A stretch of 64,000 nt of DNA, taken from positions 384,001 to 448,000 of the forward strand of contig CBDCJH010000002.1 of the NCBI GenBank assembly GCA_965217775.1. Reading direction: 5' to 3'. The notes beneath the pieces were generated by a model. The model was not told the DNA's origin. It saw nothing but the letters and a program-made list of their open reading frames with translations, and searched no databases. This stretch comes from Acidobacteriota bacterium. GTDB taxonomy: Bacteria; Acidobacteriota; UBA6911; RPQK01; JAJDTT01. Numbering within the stretch: the stretch's first letter is position 1; each line of letters starts with the position of its first letter. Positions 1-9,852 of this stretch are shown one piece after another. Made by a program: the position numbers and the translations under genes.

Positions 1-622
1 AAACCCGCTCCACGATGGGAATGAATTGCATGAAGCGGCTACCCGCCTCCTTGAGAAAGCGGTACACCTCCAGGGGATGGCGGGAGTTGCTCCTTTGCAC
101 CACGGTCAGCGTGTTGTACTCGACACCGTGTTTCCGGAGGTAGCCCAGTCCCCTCCTCACTCTTCGAAAGGAGGGGGCTCCCCCCTTGTCCACCCGGTAG
201 CGGTCATGGAGACGCTCGGGCCCGTCGATGGAGATCCCCACCAGGAATCGGTTCTGGGCCAGGAACTCTCCCCAACGGTCGTCCAACAGGACGCCGTTGG
301 TCTGAAAGCCGTTCTCGATCTTTTTGCCCGCCGCGTACTTGGCCTGTAGCCGGACCACCTTCCGGAAGAAATCCACACCCAGGAGGGTGGGCTCGCCCCC
401 CTGCCAGGCGAAGCTGATGACCGGCGCGCTCTGGGACTCGATGTACTGGCGGACGTAGGATTCCAGGACCTCGTCCCGCATCGCCCACCGTGACGTATCT
501 GCGTAGAGGTTCTCCTTTTCCAGGTAGAAGCAGTACTTGCAGTCCAGGTTGCAGATGGGTCCCGTGGGCTTGGTGAGGACGTGGAAGGCCTTGATTTCAG
601 CGGGGGCAGCCGACGGGTTCAT
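1..622 (-). CDS. Anaerobic sulfatase maturase-type radical SAM protein, N-terminal part (runs off the window edge)
   Basis: Manual translation from ATG at 622 gives MNPSAAPAEIKAFHVLTKPTGPICNLDCKYCFYLEKE, with the CxxxCxxC motif in a typical anSME/AtsB context. Not in the ORF track because it is truncated by the window. Confidence 0.85.
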   Translation of the reverse strand, partial: MNPSAAPAEIKAFHVLTKPTGPICNLDCKYCFYLEKENLYADTSRWAMRDEVLESYVRQYIESQSAPVISFAWQGGEPTLLGVDFFRKVVRLQAKYAAGKKIENGFQTNGVLLDDRWGEFLAQNRFLVGISIDGPERLHDRYRVDKGGAPSFRRVRRGLGYLRKHGVEYNTLTVVQRSNSRHPLEVYRFLKEAGSRFMQFIPIVERV

Positions 623-676
623 CTTGGGAGTCACCTGGGACAAGTCTACACCGCCACCGCTTCTGGTTGACATGCA

Positions 677-2098
677 TCAGCCGCGGCCTGCGGCCGTCCC
701 GATAATATCGAGCTTCTCGTCGCTCAGATAACCATACCGGTTGATCCAGCAACCATGCCGGCTCGCCGCCATGGCGGTCTCCAGGCGGTTTCGGAAGTCC
801 TTGGCCGGCCCGTAACCATGCGCCAGGGCGTAGACAGGGGTCTCGCCCGCTTCAAGCTGGGCCTGGACGATCTTGCGGTGCTGGGCCGCGGCGCCGGCCG
901 GATGCGGTTCGTCGGGGGCCGGATAGTAGAGATCCTCCAGCCGTTCGGGAGCCCATTCATCGGAGATGCCGAACAGACGAACCAGCGCTCTCGCCAGTAG
1001 CGAACCGGAGATTCCCGGATTGGCCTGGCGCAGTTGGTCACCGTAGAACCGGAGCATCATGGGCCAGTGCATCGTATAGAGCTTGACCGAGATGGCTGAG
1101 CTGTACCGGCCGACCAGGCGGTAGTCCATTCCCGAGAACGTGTTCCAGGGAGGCGGAAACGCGTTGGACCACAGCTCCATATGACCTGCGCCCGTTTCAT
1201 CCATGGTCTTGCGGAACCCTGCGTGCAACGATTCCACCAGCTTGGCCTTGAATCGGATCCAGTCCGCTAGGCCGGCGGAATCCGGCAGGAGGCGCCGCCG
1301 GGCCTCGGCGGGGCTCCCGGCTTCGGCACAGGCCGACAGATCGGAATCGTCGAGGTCACCATGAAGCCGGGCGTAAGTTTTGGCGGCGGCGCGGCGCATC
1401 CGGTCGACATCGAATCCCATCGCTTCCGCTTCTCTCCGGGCCGGCTCGCCGAAGTCGAGGAAGATGGAGTCTAGGAGGTAGGGGGGATATTCGGGCCAGT
1501 CCACTCGAAGGCCGTTGAGGTCCGGGTACTGCCGGCAGAGGTCCCGGATCAGCGCGTGGGCATACTCCCGGATGTGAGGACTGGCCAGGCTTCCGTTGGC
1601 CGAGAGACGGCGTTTGGGAATGCTTCCGTCGGGCAGGCGAGGAATGTCTTCGAGTTCCGGTTTCCCGAACTGAACCCGGTAACCCGGGGGGATGGCCGCC
1701 TGAACCTGCAGGTAGACCTTCAGTCCCCGGGATCGGGCGGCCTGGATGAACCGCTCGACCATGGGACCTTGTTCGGCGGTCAGGCCGTCGGGCGACGGAG
1801 GCTGATAGCGCAGACCGCGATAGAGGCGGAAATCGGGGCGGAAGCTCGGGGCCGTCCGGGTCCGGAGTTCCTGCTTCCTCCAGAGCGGCCGATCCAGCCG
1901 CCGGACCTTCCCGGCTCCGGCGTCGATGGGAGGCTCCCGGAAACCGGACTGCGAGTCCGCCGGCTGCATCACGTACGGCGAAGTCGTCACCGCCGTGACC
2001 CCGGCACGACTCTGCAGGTTGTCGAGCACGCCGTTGACGGACTCGCTCTGGAAGTACTCGGGCAGCAGAGTGACGCCGATGAACTCTGAGCCGGCCAA
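677..2098 (-). CDS. Hypothetical protein, possibly a glycoside-hydrolase-like TIM barrel
   Basis: 473-aa ORF with protein-like composition. The segments GLKVYLQ and LNGLRVDWPEY resemble barrel strands of GH-like proteins. Confidence 0.6.
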   Translation of the reverse strand: MAGSEFIGVTLLPEYFQSESVNGVLDNLQSRAGVTAVTTSPYVMQPADSQSGFREPPIDAGAGKVRRLDRPLWRKQELRTRTAPSFRPDFRLYRGLRYQPPSPDGLTAEQGPMVERFIQAARSRGLKVYLQVQAAIPPGYRVQFGKPELEDIPRLPDGSIPKRRLSANGSLASPHIREYAHALIRDLCRQYPDLNGLRVDWPEYPPYLLDSIFLDFGEPARREAEAMGFDVDRMRRAAAKTYARLHGDLDDSDLSACAEAGSPAEARRRLLPDSAGLADWIRFKAKLVESLHAGFRKTMDETGAGHMELWSNAFPPPWNTFSGMDYRLVGRYSSAISVKLYTMHWPMMLRFYGDQLRQANPGISGSLLARALVRLFGISDEWAPERLEDLYYPAPDEPHPAGAAAQHRKIVQAQLEAGETPVYALAHGYGPAKDFRNRLETAMAASRHGCWINRYGYLSDEKLDIIGTAAGRG

Positions 2099-2107
2099 CG
2101 TATCTTC

Positions 2108-2482
2108 CTACATCAACTTGAGACCGGGCAGATCGCCGAAGTCGTCGTAGTTCAGAGTCCAGAGGGCAGCACCCTGCGCCAGCGCGCAGGCCGCCACGGC
2201 GAGATCGACCTCGCGCCCCCGGGGGCGAGGCGTCTGCCGGTAAAGCATCGCGGCTTGGGCGGCAGCTTCGGCATCGAGCGGGACTGCTGCGCGGCGCGGA
2301 AACATCTCCTCCTGCACCTGCAACTCTGCTGTCGTGCGGGGCCCGCGCAGCCATTCATACAGCACGATCGTCGACAGGATCACCCGGTGGCCTTCCGCCA
2401 CGAATGCCGACAGCCGTTCCAGCGAACGGCGAGGGCCTGTGAGCGCATCGATGAGCGCCGACGTATCGAGATGAATCGTCAC
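2108..2482 (-). CDS. PIN-domain (VapC-like) toxin
   Basis: IHLDTSALID...STIVLYEWLRG...DLAVAACAL...LWTLNYDDF PIN motifs. The GTG start at 2482 overlaps the antitoxin stop (GTGA). Confidence 0.85.
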   Translation of the reverse strand: MTIHLDTSALIDALTGPRRSLERLSAFVAEGHRVILSTIVLYEWLRGPRTTAELQVQEEMFPRRAAVPLDAEAAAQAAMLYRQTPRPRGREVDLAVAACALAQGAALWTLNYDDFGDLPGLKLM

Positions 2483-2760
2483 GGCGTTTGCCCGGGTCGT
2501 CCGCCGTGGCGTCGCGCGGCCCGCACCGCGCGGATCTCGGCATCGACGCTCTGCTCGGAGCGGGTCACCGGTGCGTCGCGCAGGCGGTCGAGCACCGCCA
2601 GCAGACGAAGCCTTTCCCGTTCGCTGAGCCGATCCTTCCGGGCGGCGTAGTCGGCGACTGCTTCCCGGACGACATGGCTCTGCGCCATCCCGAGAAGGTC
2701 CGCCATCCGACGGATCTGCCGCACCGTCGCCTCGTGGAGAGAGTAAGTGACCTTTACCAT
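2479..2760 (-). CDS. Ribbon-helix-helix-type antitoxin
   Basis: 93 aa, MVKVTYSLHEATVRQIRRMA...QSHVVREAV RHH pattern, translationally coupled to the PIN toxin. Confidence 0.75.
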   Translation of the reverse strand: MVKVTYSLHEATVRQIRRMADLLGMAQSHVVREAVADYAARKDRLSERERLRLLAVLDRLRDAPVTRSEQSVDAEIRAVRAARRHGGRPGQTP

Positions 2761-2840
2761 ACTGATGCAATACTACCATAATAGCTGACCGGCTTCCCGC
2801 ATTCCGGCGGAGCACGACCAGGATATGCCTCCAACTTCGC

Positions 2841-5800
2841 TCAGATCCCCAGCAACCATCCTTCCGCCGGCTGTCCCATGATCTGTTTCAGTCCGTACAC
2901 ATACCACTGCACCTGGCGCAGGTAACCGGGATCGTCCGGTTTGAGGTGGACGTCGGTCTTGAAGTCCACCACGACCCAGCGGCCGTCCTCCAGATAGGCG
3001 AGATCGATCGTCCCCTCCAGCAGTTGGCCTTCCGCAACGGTGAGGAGAAATGGGAGCTCCCGGTGGCGCCTTGGGGCGGCTCGTGCCCGTTCCAGCAACG
3101 AATGGTCCAGGGCAGAGCGCACGGCCTGGATGGCGAACCTGCGCTCCGGGTTGGTCACGCCCAGGACCCTGCCATGGAGCCGCGCAAGCCTTCGGATCTC
3201 CGGCTCGTCGGCGTCCAGGTGGACGTCCCGCAACAGGGTGTGGACCAGGGTCCCGAACCTGGGTCCCGAGGGCCGGGAGTCGGGAATCGGATGAGTCTCC
3301 AGCCCCACGGAGGGACGCTCGGGAGGGTCACCCGGCGAGGGTTCCCCGGTGACCGTCAACACTTGCAGTGTTGGCCGGGACCCGGACTGAAGCGCCAGCC
3401 GTCGTCCTTCCCGCCACTGCCGGTAGCGGGCGAGGCCCTCTTGTCCGGCCCGGCCCCGTTCGTCGTCGGCCAGGATCCGTTCCCGCTGCAGGCCGAAGTT
3501 GGGACGAACCGTCAGGTCCAGCAACTCGGGGTCCCACCAGACCAGGGGATGATCCCCCGTCTGCGGTCGGTGGAGGCCGGGGCGGATGCAGGGCTGGATT
3601 CGGCCCTTGGGGTTCTGGAGCAGACTGCGAGGCCCGAAGCTGGGGCATCCTGGAGCCGGTTGTCCGCGGCTCCAGGCCGTCCGGGCCGGATAGATGGCCT
3701 GCTCCAGGGGAGCCAACCATTCCAGCTTCGATCTCGGCCTGGGGCCCACTCCCAGCCCGGGGACCACCAGCAGATCCCGGGCTCGCGTCGCCGCCACGTA
3801 GGCGAGGCGGACCCCCTCCGCCCGGTCCCGTGCCGCCTCGACGTCCTGATGGTCCAACAATTCCCAGGGGACGCATCCCATGAGGCTGAATGCCGCCAGG
3901 TTGCGGCTCGAATCGACGAATTTGTCGGGACGGAAGGAGGAGAGGTGGGCCGTCGTGTCGGCCAGGATCACCACGGGAAACTCCAACCCCTTGGCGTTAT
4001 GGACGGTCATCAGATGGACCCCGTCGACCCCTTCTTCCGACACCTGGGCCCCGGCCCCGGTCCGCCGCCGGGCCAGTCTCTCCAGATGCTCCACGAAGCC
4101 CCGGAACGAGCCTCCTCCGCCGGTCTCGAAAGCCCGGGCCAGATCGCAGACCCGTTGCAGGTTGGCCAGTACCTGGCGTCCGGCCGGGCGCAGGGCGAAT
4201 CCCGCATGAGCTCGAGTTTGAGCCAGGAGCCGGGAAAGGGTTTCGGCGACGGGGCGCCGGTTGCGCCGTCGATGCAGAAGGGCCAGGATCTCCAGCGCCT
4301 CGGCCACCGGCTTCAGGTCGTCATGCAGATCTTCGGGACGAGGACGGAACGGATGGAGTGAACCGTATCGGTCCCTGAAGCGCAGCAACAGCGAATCCCG
4401 GATCCAGAAGAGGGAGCCGCGGAGCGTCGCGTAGACCGAGAGTTCGTCGTCTGGCCGTTCGAGAGCGCTCAGGGCCACCCGCAGGGTCTCGACTTCTTCC
4501 CGCTGATGGAAGGATCGGGAGCCCATCAGGACGTGGGGCACCCCCCGGATCTCGAGTCCCCTGGCGTATTCACGCGTGACGTCCCGTCTCCAACTGACGA
4601 AGCGCCGGAACAGGATGCAGACGTGGCCGGGGGAAATGGGGATGCGCCGGGTGGGGTCCTCGGGGTCGCCCACCTGCCAGCCGCTTTCTCGCAACAGCCA
4701 GTCCGTGAAGGCGGCGACGGTCTGGGGGAGGCTCTGCTCGATGGCCGCGTTGGCCAGGTTCCCCCATTTGCTGTAGGGCTCCGGCACCGGAAGGGCGATG
4801 AGCGCCGGCTGGTCCGGTGCGGCCGTTCGGTGGCTCTCGAGGGGAACGTAGTCCGGTTGTCCGCTGACGGGGTCGGCCTTCATCTCCGGCGCGAAGGCCG
4901 CGTTGACGGCCAGTTGCAGAGGCCGCACGGAGCGGAAGTTTCGCTTCAGGTGGACCACTTTCACCCCGGCGGCCTCGAGGATCTCCTTGATCTCCTGGTA
5001 CAGGACCACGTCGGCGCGGCGGAACCGATAGATCGACTGCTTGGGATCTCCCACCAGAAAGAGCTTTCCGGGAGCGGGCCGGACCCTGCGCCAGTCCGTC
5101 TCCTGCGCGTCATCCGCCGACAGAAGCAGTAATATCTCCGCCTGCAGGGCGTCCGTGTCCTGGAACTCGTCGACGAAGATGTGGCTGAAGTGTTCCTGGA
5201 AATCCCGCCGGACGGACGGACGGTCCCGAATCAGGTTGCGAGTCTTGATCAGCAGGTCCATGAAGTCGAGTCGGCTGGTCTGTTCCTTGAGTGCCTCGTA
5301 GAACGGGGCCACCTCCAGCAGTTCCTCCCGGAGCAGAGCGGCCAGATCGGCGTCGGCGCATCGTATGAAATCCTCCAGTTCCCGGAGCAGATCTTCCCGC
5401 GCCCGGACCACCACCACCCGGGGCAGTCCCGGACCGTATTCTCCGGTCCGGCTCGGCCGGAAGAAGGGGGACCTCAACCGGCGCTTCAGACGGAGCAGTC
5501 GCCCTTCGAGGCGATCGTAGTCGCGGGGCCGTTCCAGTTCGAAGCGCCGGACCCAGGCGTCCAGATCCCGGACCGGACCCAGTTCCTGCCGCAGCCGATC
5601 CCGCCGGTTGGCCGCCCGATCGCTGGTGGCTGCCAATTCCCGGATCCGGCTGATCAGGTCGTCCAAAAGCGCTTCCCGGTCGAAGACCTCCCGTCTCCAG
5701 GAACTCCCGTAGTCGCGCCATTCCATGAGTTTCCAGGCGGCCGAGCGGAGCTGGTCCAGAGGCGAGCCGAAGTCGGCTCCCTGCCCGATCAGGGAGCGCT

Positions 5801-6314
5801 GGAGGGCCCGGGCCAGACCCGGCGCCGGGTGGGCCAGCCGGGTTTCCATCCATTGTCGAAAGGCCCTCCGGAAGAGACGGGACCCCTCATCCTCCGAGAG
5901 TTCCCGGAAATCGGGGTCGACGCCGGCCTCCACCGGCCGCTTTCGAAGCAGGTCCGCGCAGAAGGAGTGGATGGTGGAGATGCTGGCTTCCTCCAGCCCC
6001 GCCACCGCCCGCTCCAGATTCCGGATCTCGATCGGGTCCGAAGCATTCCGCCGGGCTCGGTCCAGAGCCTCCCGCAGACGCAGCTTCAGCTCCCCGGCCG
6101 CCTTGCGGGTGAAGGTGACGGCGGCGATCCCGTCGACACGGGCGCGGCCGCCGGCCAGAATGGCCACCAGGCGCCGGACCAGCTCGCTGGTCTTGCCCGT
6201 GCCCGCCGCCGCCTCCACCAGAAGGCTGACGTCCAGGGAGTTTCGGATGGCCCGCCGCCCGGCAGAATCGGAAGGAGAGGAAACCTGGGGACCGAACTTC
6301 AAGGAATCGTTCAT
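2841..6314 (-). CDS. AddA-like UvrD/SF1 helicase with C-terminal PD-(D/E)XK nuclease
   Basis: Walker A AAGTGKT, VDEFQDT, VGDPKQSIYRFR, MTVHNAKGLEF, YVAATRAR, and nuclease motif GTIDL...VVDFKT. Confidence 0.9.
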   Translation of the reverse strand: MNDSLKFGPQVSSPSDSAGRRAIRNSLDVSLLVEAAAGTGKTSELVRRLVAILAGGRARVDGIAAVTFTRKAAGELKLRLREALDRARRNASDPIEIRNLERAVAGLEEASISTIHSFCADLLRKRPVEAGVDPDFRELSEDEGSRLFRRAFRQWMETRLAHPAPGLARALQRSLIGQGADFGSPLDQLRSAAWKLMEWRDYGSSWRREVFDREALLDDLISRIRELAATSDRAANRRDRLRQELGPVRDLDAWVRRFELERPRDYDRLEGRLLRLKRRLRSPFFRPSRTGEYGPGLPRVVVVRAREDLLRELEDFIRCADADLAALLREELLEVAPFYEALKEQTSRLDFMDLLIKTRNLIRDRPSVRRDFQEHFSHIFVDEFQDTDALQAEILLLLSADDAQETDWRRVRPAPGKLFLVGDPKQSIYRFRRADVVLYQEIKEILEAAGVKVVHLKRNFRSVRPLQLAVNAAFAPEMKADPVSGQPDYVPLESHRTAAPDQPALIALPVPEPYSKWGNLANAAIEQSLPQTVAAFTDWLLRESGWQVGDPEDPTRRIPISPGHVCILFRRFVSWRRDVTREYARGLEIRGVPHVLMGSRSFHQREEVETLRVALSALERPDDELSVYATLRGSLFWIRDSLLLRFRDRYGSLHPFRPRPEDLHDDLKPVAEALEILALLHRRRNRRPVAETLSRLLAQTRAHAGFALRPAGRQVLANLQRVCDLARAFETGGGGSFRGFVEHLERLARRRTGAGAQVSEEGVDGVHLMTVHNAKGLEFPVVILADTTAHLSSFRPDKFVDSSRNLAAFSLMGCVPWELLDHQDVEAARDRAEGVRLAYVAATRARDLLVVPGLGVGPRPRSKLEWLAPLEQAIYPARTAWSRGQPAPGCPSFGPRSLLQNPKGRIQPCIRPGLHRPQTGDHPLVWWDPELLDLTVRPNFGLQRERILADDERGRAGQEGLARYRQWREGRRLALQSGSRPTLQVLTVTGEPSPGDPPERPSVGLETHPIPDSRPSGPRFGTLVHTLLRDVHLDADEPEIRRLARLHGRVLGVTNPERRFAIQAVRSALDHSLLERARAAPRRHRELPFLLTVAEGQLLEGTIDLAYLEDGRWVVVDFKTDVHLKPDDPGYLRQVQWYVYGLKQIMGQPAEGWLLGI

Positions 6315-6322
6315 GGGGTCGC

Positions 6323-9300
6323 TCAGGGAAGATTCCGGATCTGCCGGAGTGGCTCCAAGGGCCGGCTTTCCTTCAGGCCGGTCCGAAGTTCTTCATACGG
6401 ACCGCAGACGGCCCGGTAATCGCAGGAGGCGCAACTCTCCTCGCGAGGTGCGGCCGGAAGGAAGCCCTCGCCCACGGCCCGGTCGATGGTCTCGAGGACC
6501 TCTCCGATCCGATGCCGGCCCTCCCGGTCGAGCCGGATCCGTTGGACCTGGAAGTTTCCCCTCTGGGTGCAGTAGTCGAGGCGGCCCCCCACGACCCGGA
6601 GACCGCGCAGTTCCTGCAAGGCCAGGGAGTAGAGAAGAGGCTGGAGCGTTTCCCCGCGTCCCACGGACTGGGGCACGGGATCCTTGGCCTTTCCGGTCTT
6701 GTGGTCGGTGATCCGGAGGACGCGGTGCGAGGGATGCATCTCCACCAGATCGATGATCCCCCGGAGCCGCATTCCGTCCAGGATGGCGGCTTCTTCGGGA
6801 GTGCTTTCGGGGTCCCGATCCTCCCCGCCGGCGAGGCCGAAGGCGTAGTCGAAGTGGATCGGCACCCATCCGTCGGGCTCCTGGCTGGCGCTTCGGATCC
6901 AGGTCCGAAGGTCGACCCGCAGGTCTTCGACCTCCGACTCCCACAGCGCAGGGAGAGTGGGAGCCAGCCGCTCCCGAAAGCTCCCGGCGACCTGGTTCAG
7001 CACCTGGTCCGCCCGGCTCAGGATCGGCTCCAACCTCCCTGCGTTCATGGGCAGCAGGTCCTCTTCCCGGAGGCGGCGAAAGAGCCGGAACTGCACTTCA
7101 TGGAAGAGGGAGCCCCGGGTCAGGGGGTCCAGGCGCTCCAGCGCCAGGGACTCCTCTCTGGGCCGCAACCTCTGGATCGAGTGAAGGAAGAAGCGGTAGG
7201 GACACGCCGCGTATTTTTCCAGGTCCGTGGCGGAATAGCTGCGGTTGCGGAGGCGGTGCTTGCGCAGAATCCGGAGGGTCGCGGGATCGGACCGGGCCAG
7301 GATCCCGTCGTCGTCCGACCAGGCGGGGCGCCAGCGCTTGTAGCGTGCCCGCAGCGAGCGGGCCAGCCACGGATTGACCAGGAGCAGGTACCGGCCCTGG
7401 CCGGTGTCCTGCGATTTCGGCGCCTGCAGGACCGGCCCCAGCGTCGCCAGATCGTACTCGGCGTCGTCGATGGCCCGAGCCGGATCCCGGGGCGCCGTCC
7501 AGCCCAGCCGGGTGCTGGAGGCCGCGGCGCTCTTCCGCTCCAGTTCCTGGAGGTCAGGCAATTGGCCCAGGGCCCCGCGCATGAGCTCCAGGGCGTAGAG
7601 GGAAGGGACCCGGGACCGTCCCCGCACCAGATCCATGCGCGGGTAGGAGGCGAGGAGCCGCCGAGAGGCCGCCGCCAGCGCGATGCGCAGCAACCGGCGC
7701 TCCTCCTGGATCTTGTCCGCCAGCAGAGGAAGGTGGGCCGAGACCCGACGGCGCAGGGGGTCCAGGAGCAGTGGGTCCTCGTATGCCTTGCGGGGGAAGA
7801 TCCCCTCCGAGAGTCCGGGCAGACAGATCACCTGAAAGGACCGGCCACACGCCTCCCGCGGCGTCCCGACGAAGACCCGGCCGTAGGGTCTTTTCGGGGG
7901 GTCCCTTCTCAGGACGCCGAGGCGTTGACTCAGGACCTCCCTCACCTCGGTGAGAGTCACGGGTCCCACTTGCCCCATGGGCTCCAGTTCGGCCAGGAGG
8001 GACAGCACCGGCTCCGGCCGGTGAAGAGCCAGTGCGGACAGCCGCCGGAGCCGGTCCAACCAGGCTCGCCAGTTCTGCTGGTGAGGAAAGTCTCCCAGAA
8101 ACTCGATGACGGGCAGTGCGAAATCCCTCAGGTTCCGGAGCCGGTCCAACCGGTCCTGGAGCGCTTGTCCGGCCGCTTCGTTCCCCTCCGCCTCCCTCCG
8201 TCTCTGCTTCAGGATGAGATCCGATTCCAGACCGGCGAGCCGGCCTTCCCAGCGGTCCCTCCCGCCGATGACGGAGGCATCCACCAGAAGCCGCTCCCAG
8301 TGAGCTGGAGTTCTGAGGGTGCCGGCGATCACCGGAGAGCGGTCGTCCTCCGGGTCCGAATCGCCATCCGCCGCCGGTATCGCCGCGTCGCCGCCGCTCT
8401 TGAAGTTCATTTCCATGTCCTCCCCCGGACCGATCCAGGGAGGTTCCTGCTCGAGTCGTTCCGGGGAGGGGTGGTCCCTCGGGACCTGACCCAGGGAGAG
8501 GTACTCGGCGAATCGGCTGGCCGTGAGGCCCTCCTCGGCGCACTCCAAGAGAGTCAGAAGAGCCCGGCCGGCCGGGTCGGGACGCGAGATGCCGCGGCTG
8601 AAGTAACCGGGGATGCCGGCCCGGGCCAGCGCCTCCTCCATCTGGGGCTGGTAGGTCTCCGGATTGCGCAACAGGACCGCCATCTGGTCGAAGGGGGTTC
8701 CCCGCTTGGCCTCCTCCAGGAGGGAACGGGCGATCTCCACGCACTCGTGCCCCTCACCCAGGGCCGAAAAGAGTCGAAAGCCGGAATCCATGGGGCCGCC
8801 GGCAACGTCGCCGGCAGCGAATAGGTTTCTCCGAATCCGGCTCAGAGTGGCGCCGGCGTCCCCGTCCTCGAGCTGGGCCGCCGCGGCAGCCGAGCCTCCC
8901 AGAAGCGTCTGGAAGGCCTCCAATGCCGGTGCTTCACTGGAGAGAACCAGGGCCAGGGTCGCCGGAGACCCATCAATGAGGGACCTGTAGAAGCGGAACT
9001 CGGTCCGCGATCGGGGAGGAACGTCCAATAGCACCAGGGGAAGGCCGGACCAGGGGGAATCCTCCTTCAGAGCCCGGGTGGCCAGCTCCAACAGCGTGGC
9101 CCGGTCGGCCAGGGAATGTACCTGAAGCTCCTGGGTGTACAACTCCAGCAGCAGGGCCAGGTCGGGTCCGGCCCCTTTGCATTGCGCCAACGGGTCGCCG
9201 TCGGCGTGAGACAGACGAAGGTCCAGCAGCGTGGACGCCAGAGAGCGGGAGAAGCCGGGCGTTCCCGAGACGGGAGCAAAATAGCCCGGCGTGTCTGCTT

Positions 9301-9604
9301 CCCGGCTCCGGTAGCTTGCCCGAGCAGCCAGGGCCTCCAGTCCCAGACGACTCAGGGGAGCCATACCCGCATTGGCCAACTTCGGGGTCGCCAGAGCCGC
9401 CGCCAGTTGAGCCGGTGTCCACCGATGGAGTCCCAATCGGCCCTGGTTACTCAGGGAAAGCGCCCGCGACAATTCGTCCGCGGCCGCGCGGGTCGAGCCC
9501 AGAATCAGAATCTCGCCGGGGCAGTCCAGGGAATCGAGCCAAAGTTCCACCGCAGCCGGAACAGACTCGTATCGTGTGACCTCCTGAATGCGATTGGACG
9601 ACAT
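6323..9604 (-). CDS. AddB-like protein (degenerate helicase plus PD-(D/E)XK nuclease, Fe-S cysteines)
   Basis: SATDLEKYAACPYRFF, RGIIDLV...TDHKTG and CASCDYRAVC (four Fe-S-type Cys). Lies directly upstream of the AddA-like gene. Confidence 0.85.
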   Translation of the reverse strand: MSSNRIQEVTRYESVPAAVELWLDSLDCPGEILILGSTRAAADELSRALSLSNQGRLGLHRWTPAQLAAALATPKLANAGMAPLSRLGLEALAARASYRSREADTPGYFAPVSGTPGFSRSLASTLLDLRLSHADGDPLAQCKGAGPDLALLLELYTQELQVHSLADRATLLELATRALKEDSPWSGLPLVLLDVPPRSRTEFRFYRSLIDGSPATLALVLSSEAPALEAFQTLLGGSAAAAAQLEDGDAGATLSRIRRNLFAAGDVAGGPMDSGFRLFSALGEGHECVEIARSLLEEAKRGTPFDQMAVLLRNPETYQPQMEEALARAGIPGYFSRGISRPDPAGRALLTLLECAEEGLTASRFAEYLSLGQVPRDHPSPERLEQEPPWIGPGEDMEMNFKSGGDAAIPAADGDSDPEDDRSPVIAGTLRTPAHWERLLVDASVIGGRDRWEGRLAGLESDLILKQRRREAEGNEAAGQALQDRLDRLRNLRDFALPVIEFLGDFPHQQNWRAWLDRLRRLSALALHRPEPVLSLLAELEPMGQVGPVTLTEVREVLSQRLGVLRRDPPKRPYGRVFVGTPREACGRSFQVICLPGLSEGIFPRKAYEDPLLLDPLRRRVSAHLPLLADKIQEERRLLRIALAAASRRLLASYPRMDLVRGRSRVPSLYALELMRGALGQLPDLQELERKSAAASSTRLGWTAPRDPARAIDDAEYDLATLGPVLQAPKSQDTGQGRYLLLVNPWLARSLRARYKRWRPAWSDDDGILARSDPATLRILRKHRLRNRSYSATDLEKYAACPYRFFLHSIQRLRPREESLALERLDPLTRGSLFHEVQFRLFRRLREEDLLPMNAGRLEPILSRADQVLNQVAGSFRERLAPTLPALWESEVEDLRVDLRTWIRSASQEPDGWVPIHFDYAFGLAGGEDRDPESTPEEAAILDGMRLRGIIDLVEMHPSHRVLRITDHKTGKAKDPVPQSVGRGETLQPLLYSLALQELRGLRVVGGRLDYCTQRGNFQVQRIRLDREGRHRIGEVLETIDRAVGEGFLPAAPREESCASCDYRAVCGPYEELRTGLKESRPLEPLRQIRNLP

Positions 9605-9625
9605 GCGTTAGTAGGAAAGAGTAAA

Positions 9626-9799
9626 GAGAAAAGAGGAAAGAGAGAAGGGGAGACATTCGCGTAGACGAGAAGAGACCCGGAAACGAGATTGTCGAGTCCC
9701 GTCAATCGAAGTTCACTTCCGATAGTGATATTGCCGCAAATTCTCCGGCCAGCACCCGGTGAGAGGTGCTCCCCACTCTTTTCTCTTTCCTCTTTTCTC
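9626..9799. repeat. Perfect 18-bp purine/pyrimidine inverted repeat in a divergent intergenic region
   Basis: GAGAAAAGAGGAAAGAGA at 9626-9643 and its reverse complement at 9782-9799, followed by a 15-bp tandem repeat (GTTTCCTCATCCCGC x2). Confidence 0.75.
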
Positions 9800-9852
9800 G
9801 TTTCCTCATCCCGCGTTTCCTCATCCCGCCGTAGTAGACTGTCCCCAAGGCA

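Noticed and set aside
2841-9604. Novel helicase-nuclease defence system
   Set aside because: Gene order, sizes and the Fe-S nuclease motif fit the housekeeping AddAB-type repair complex.
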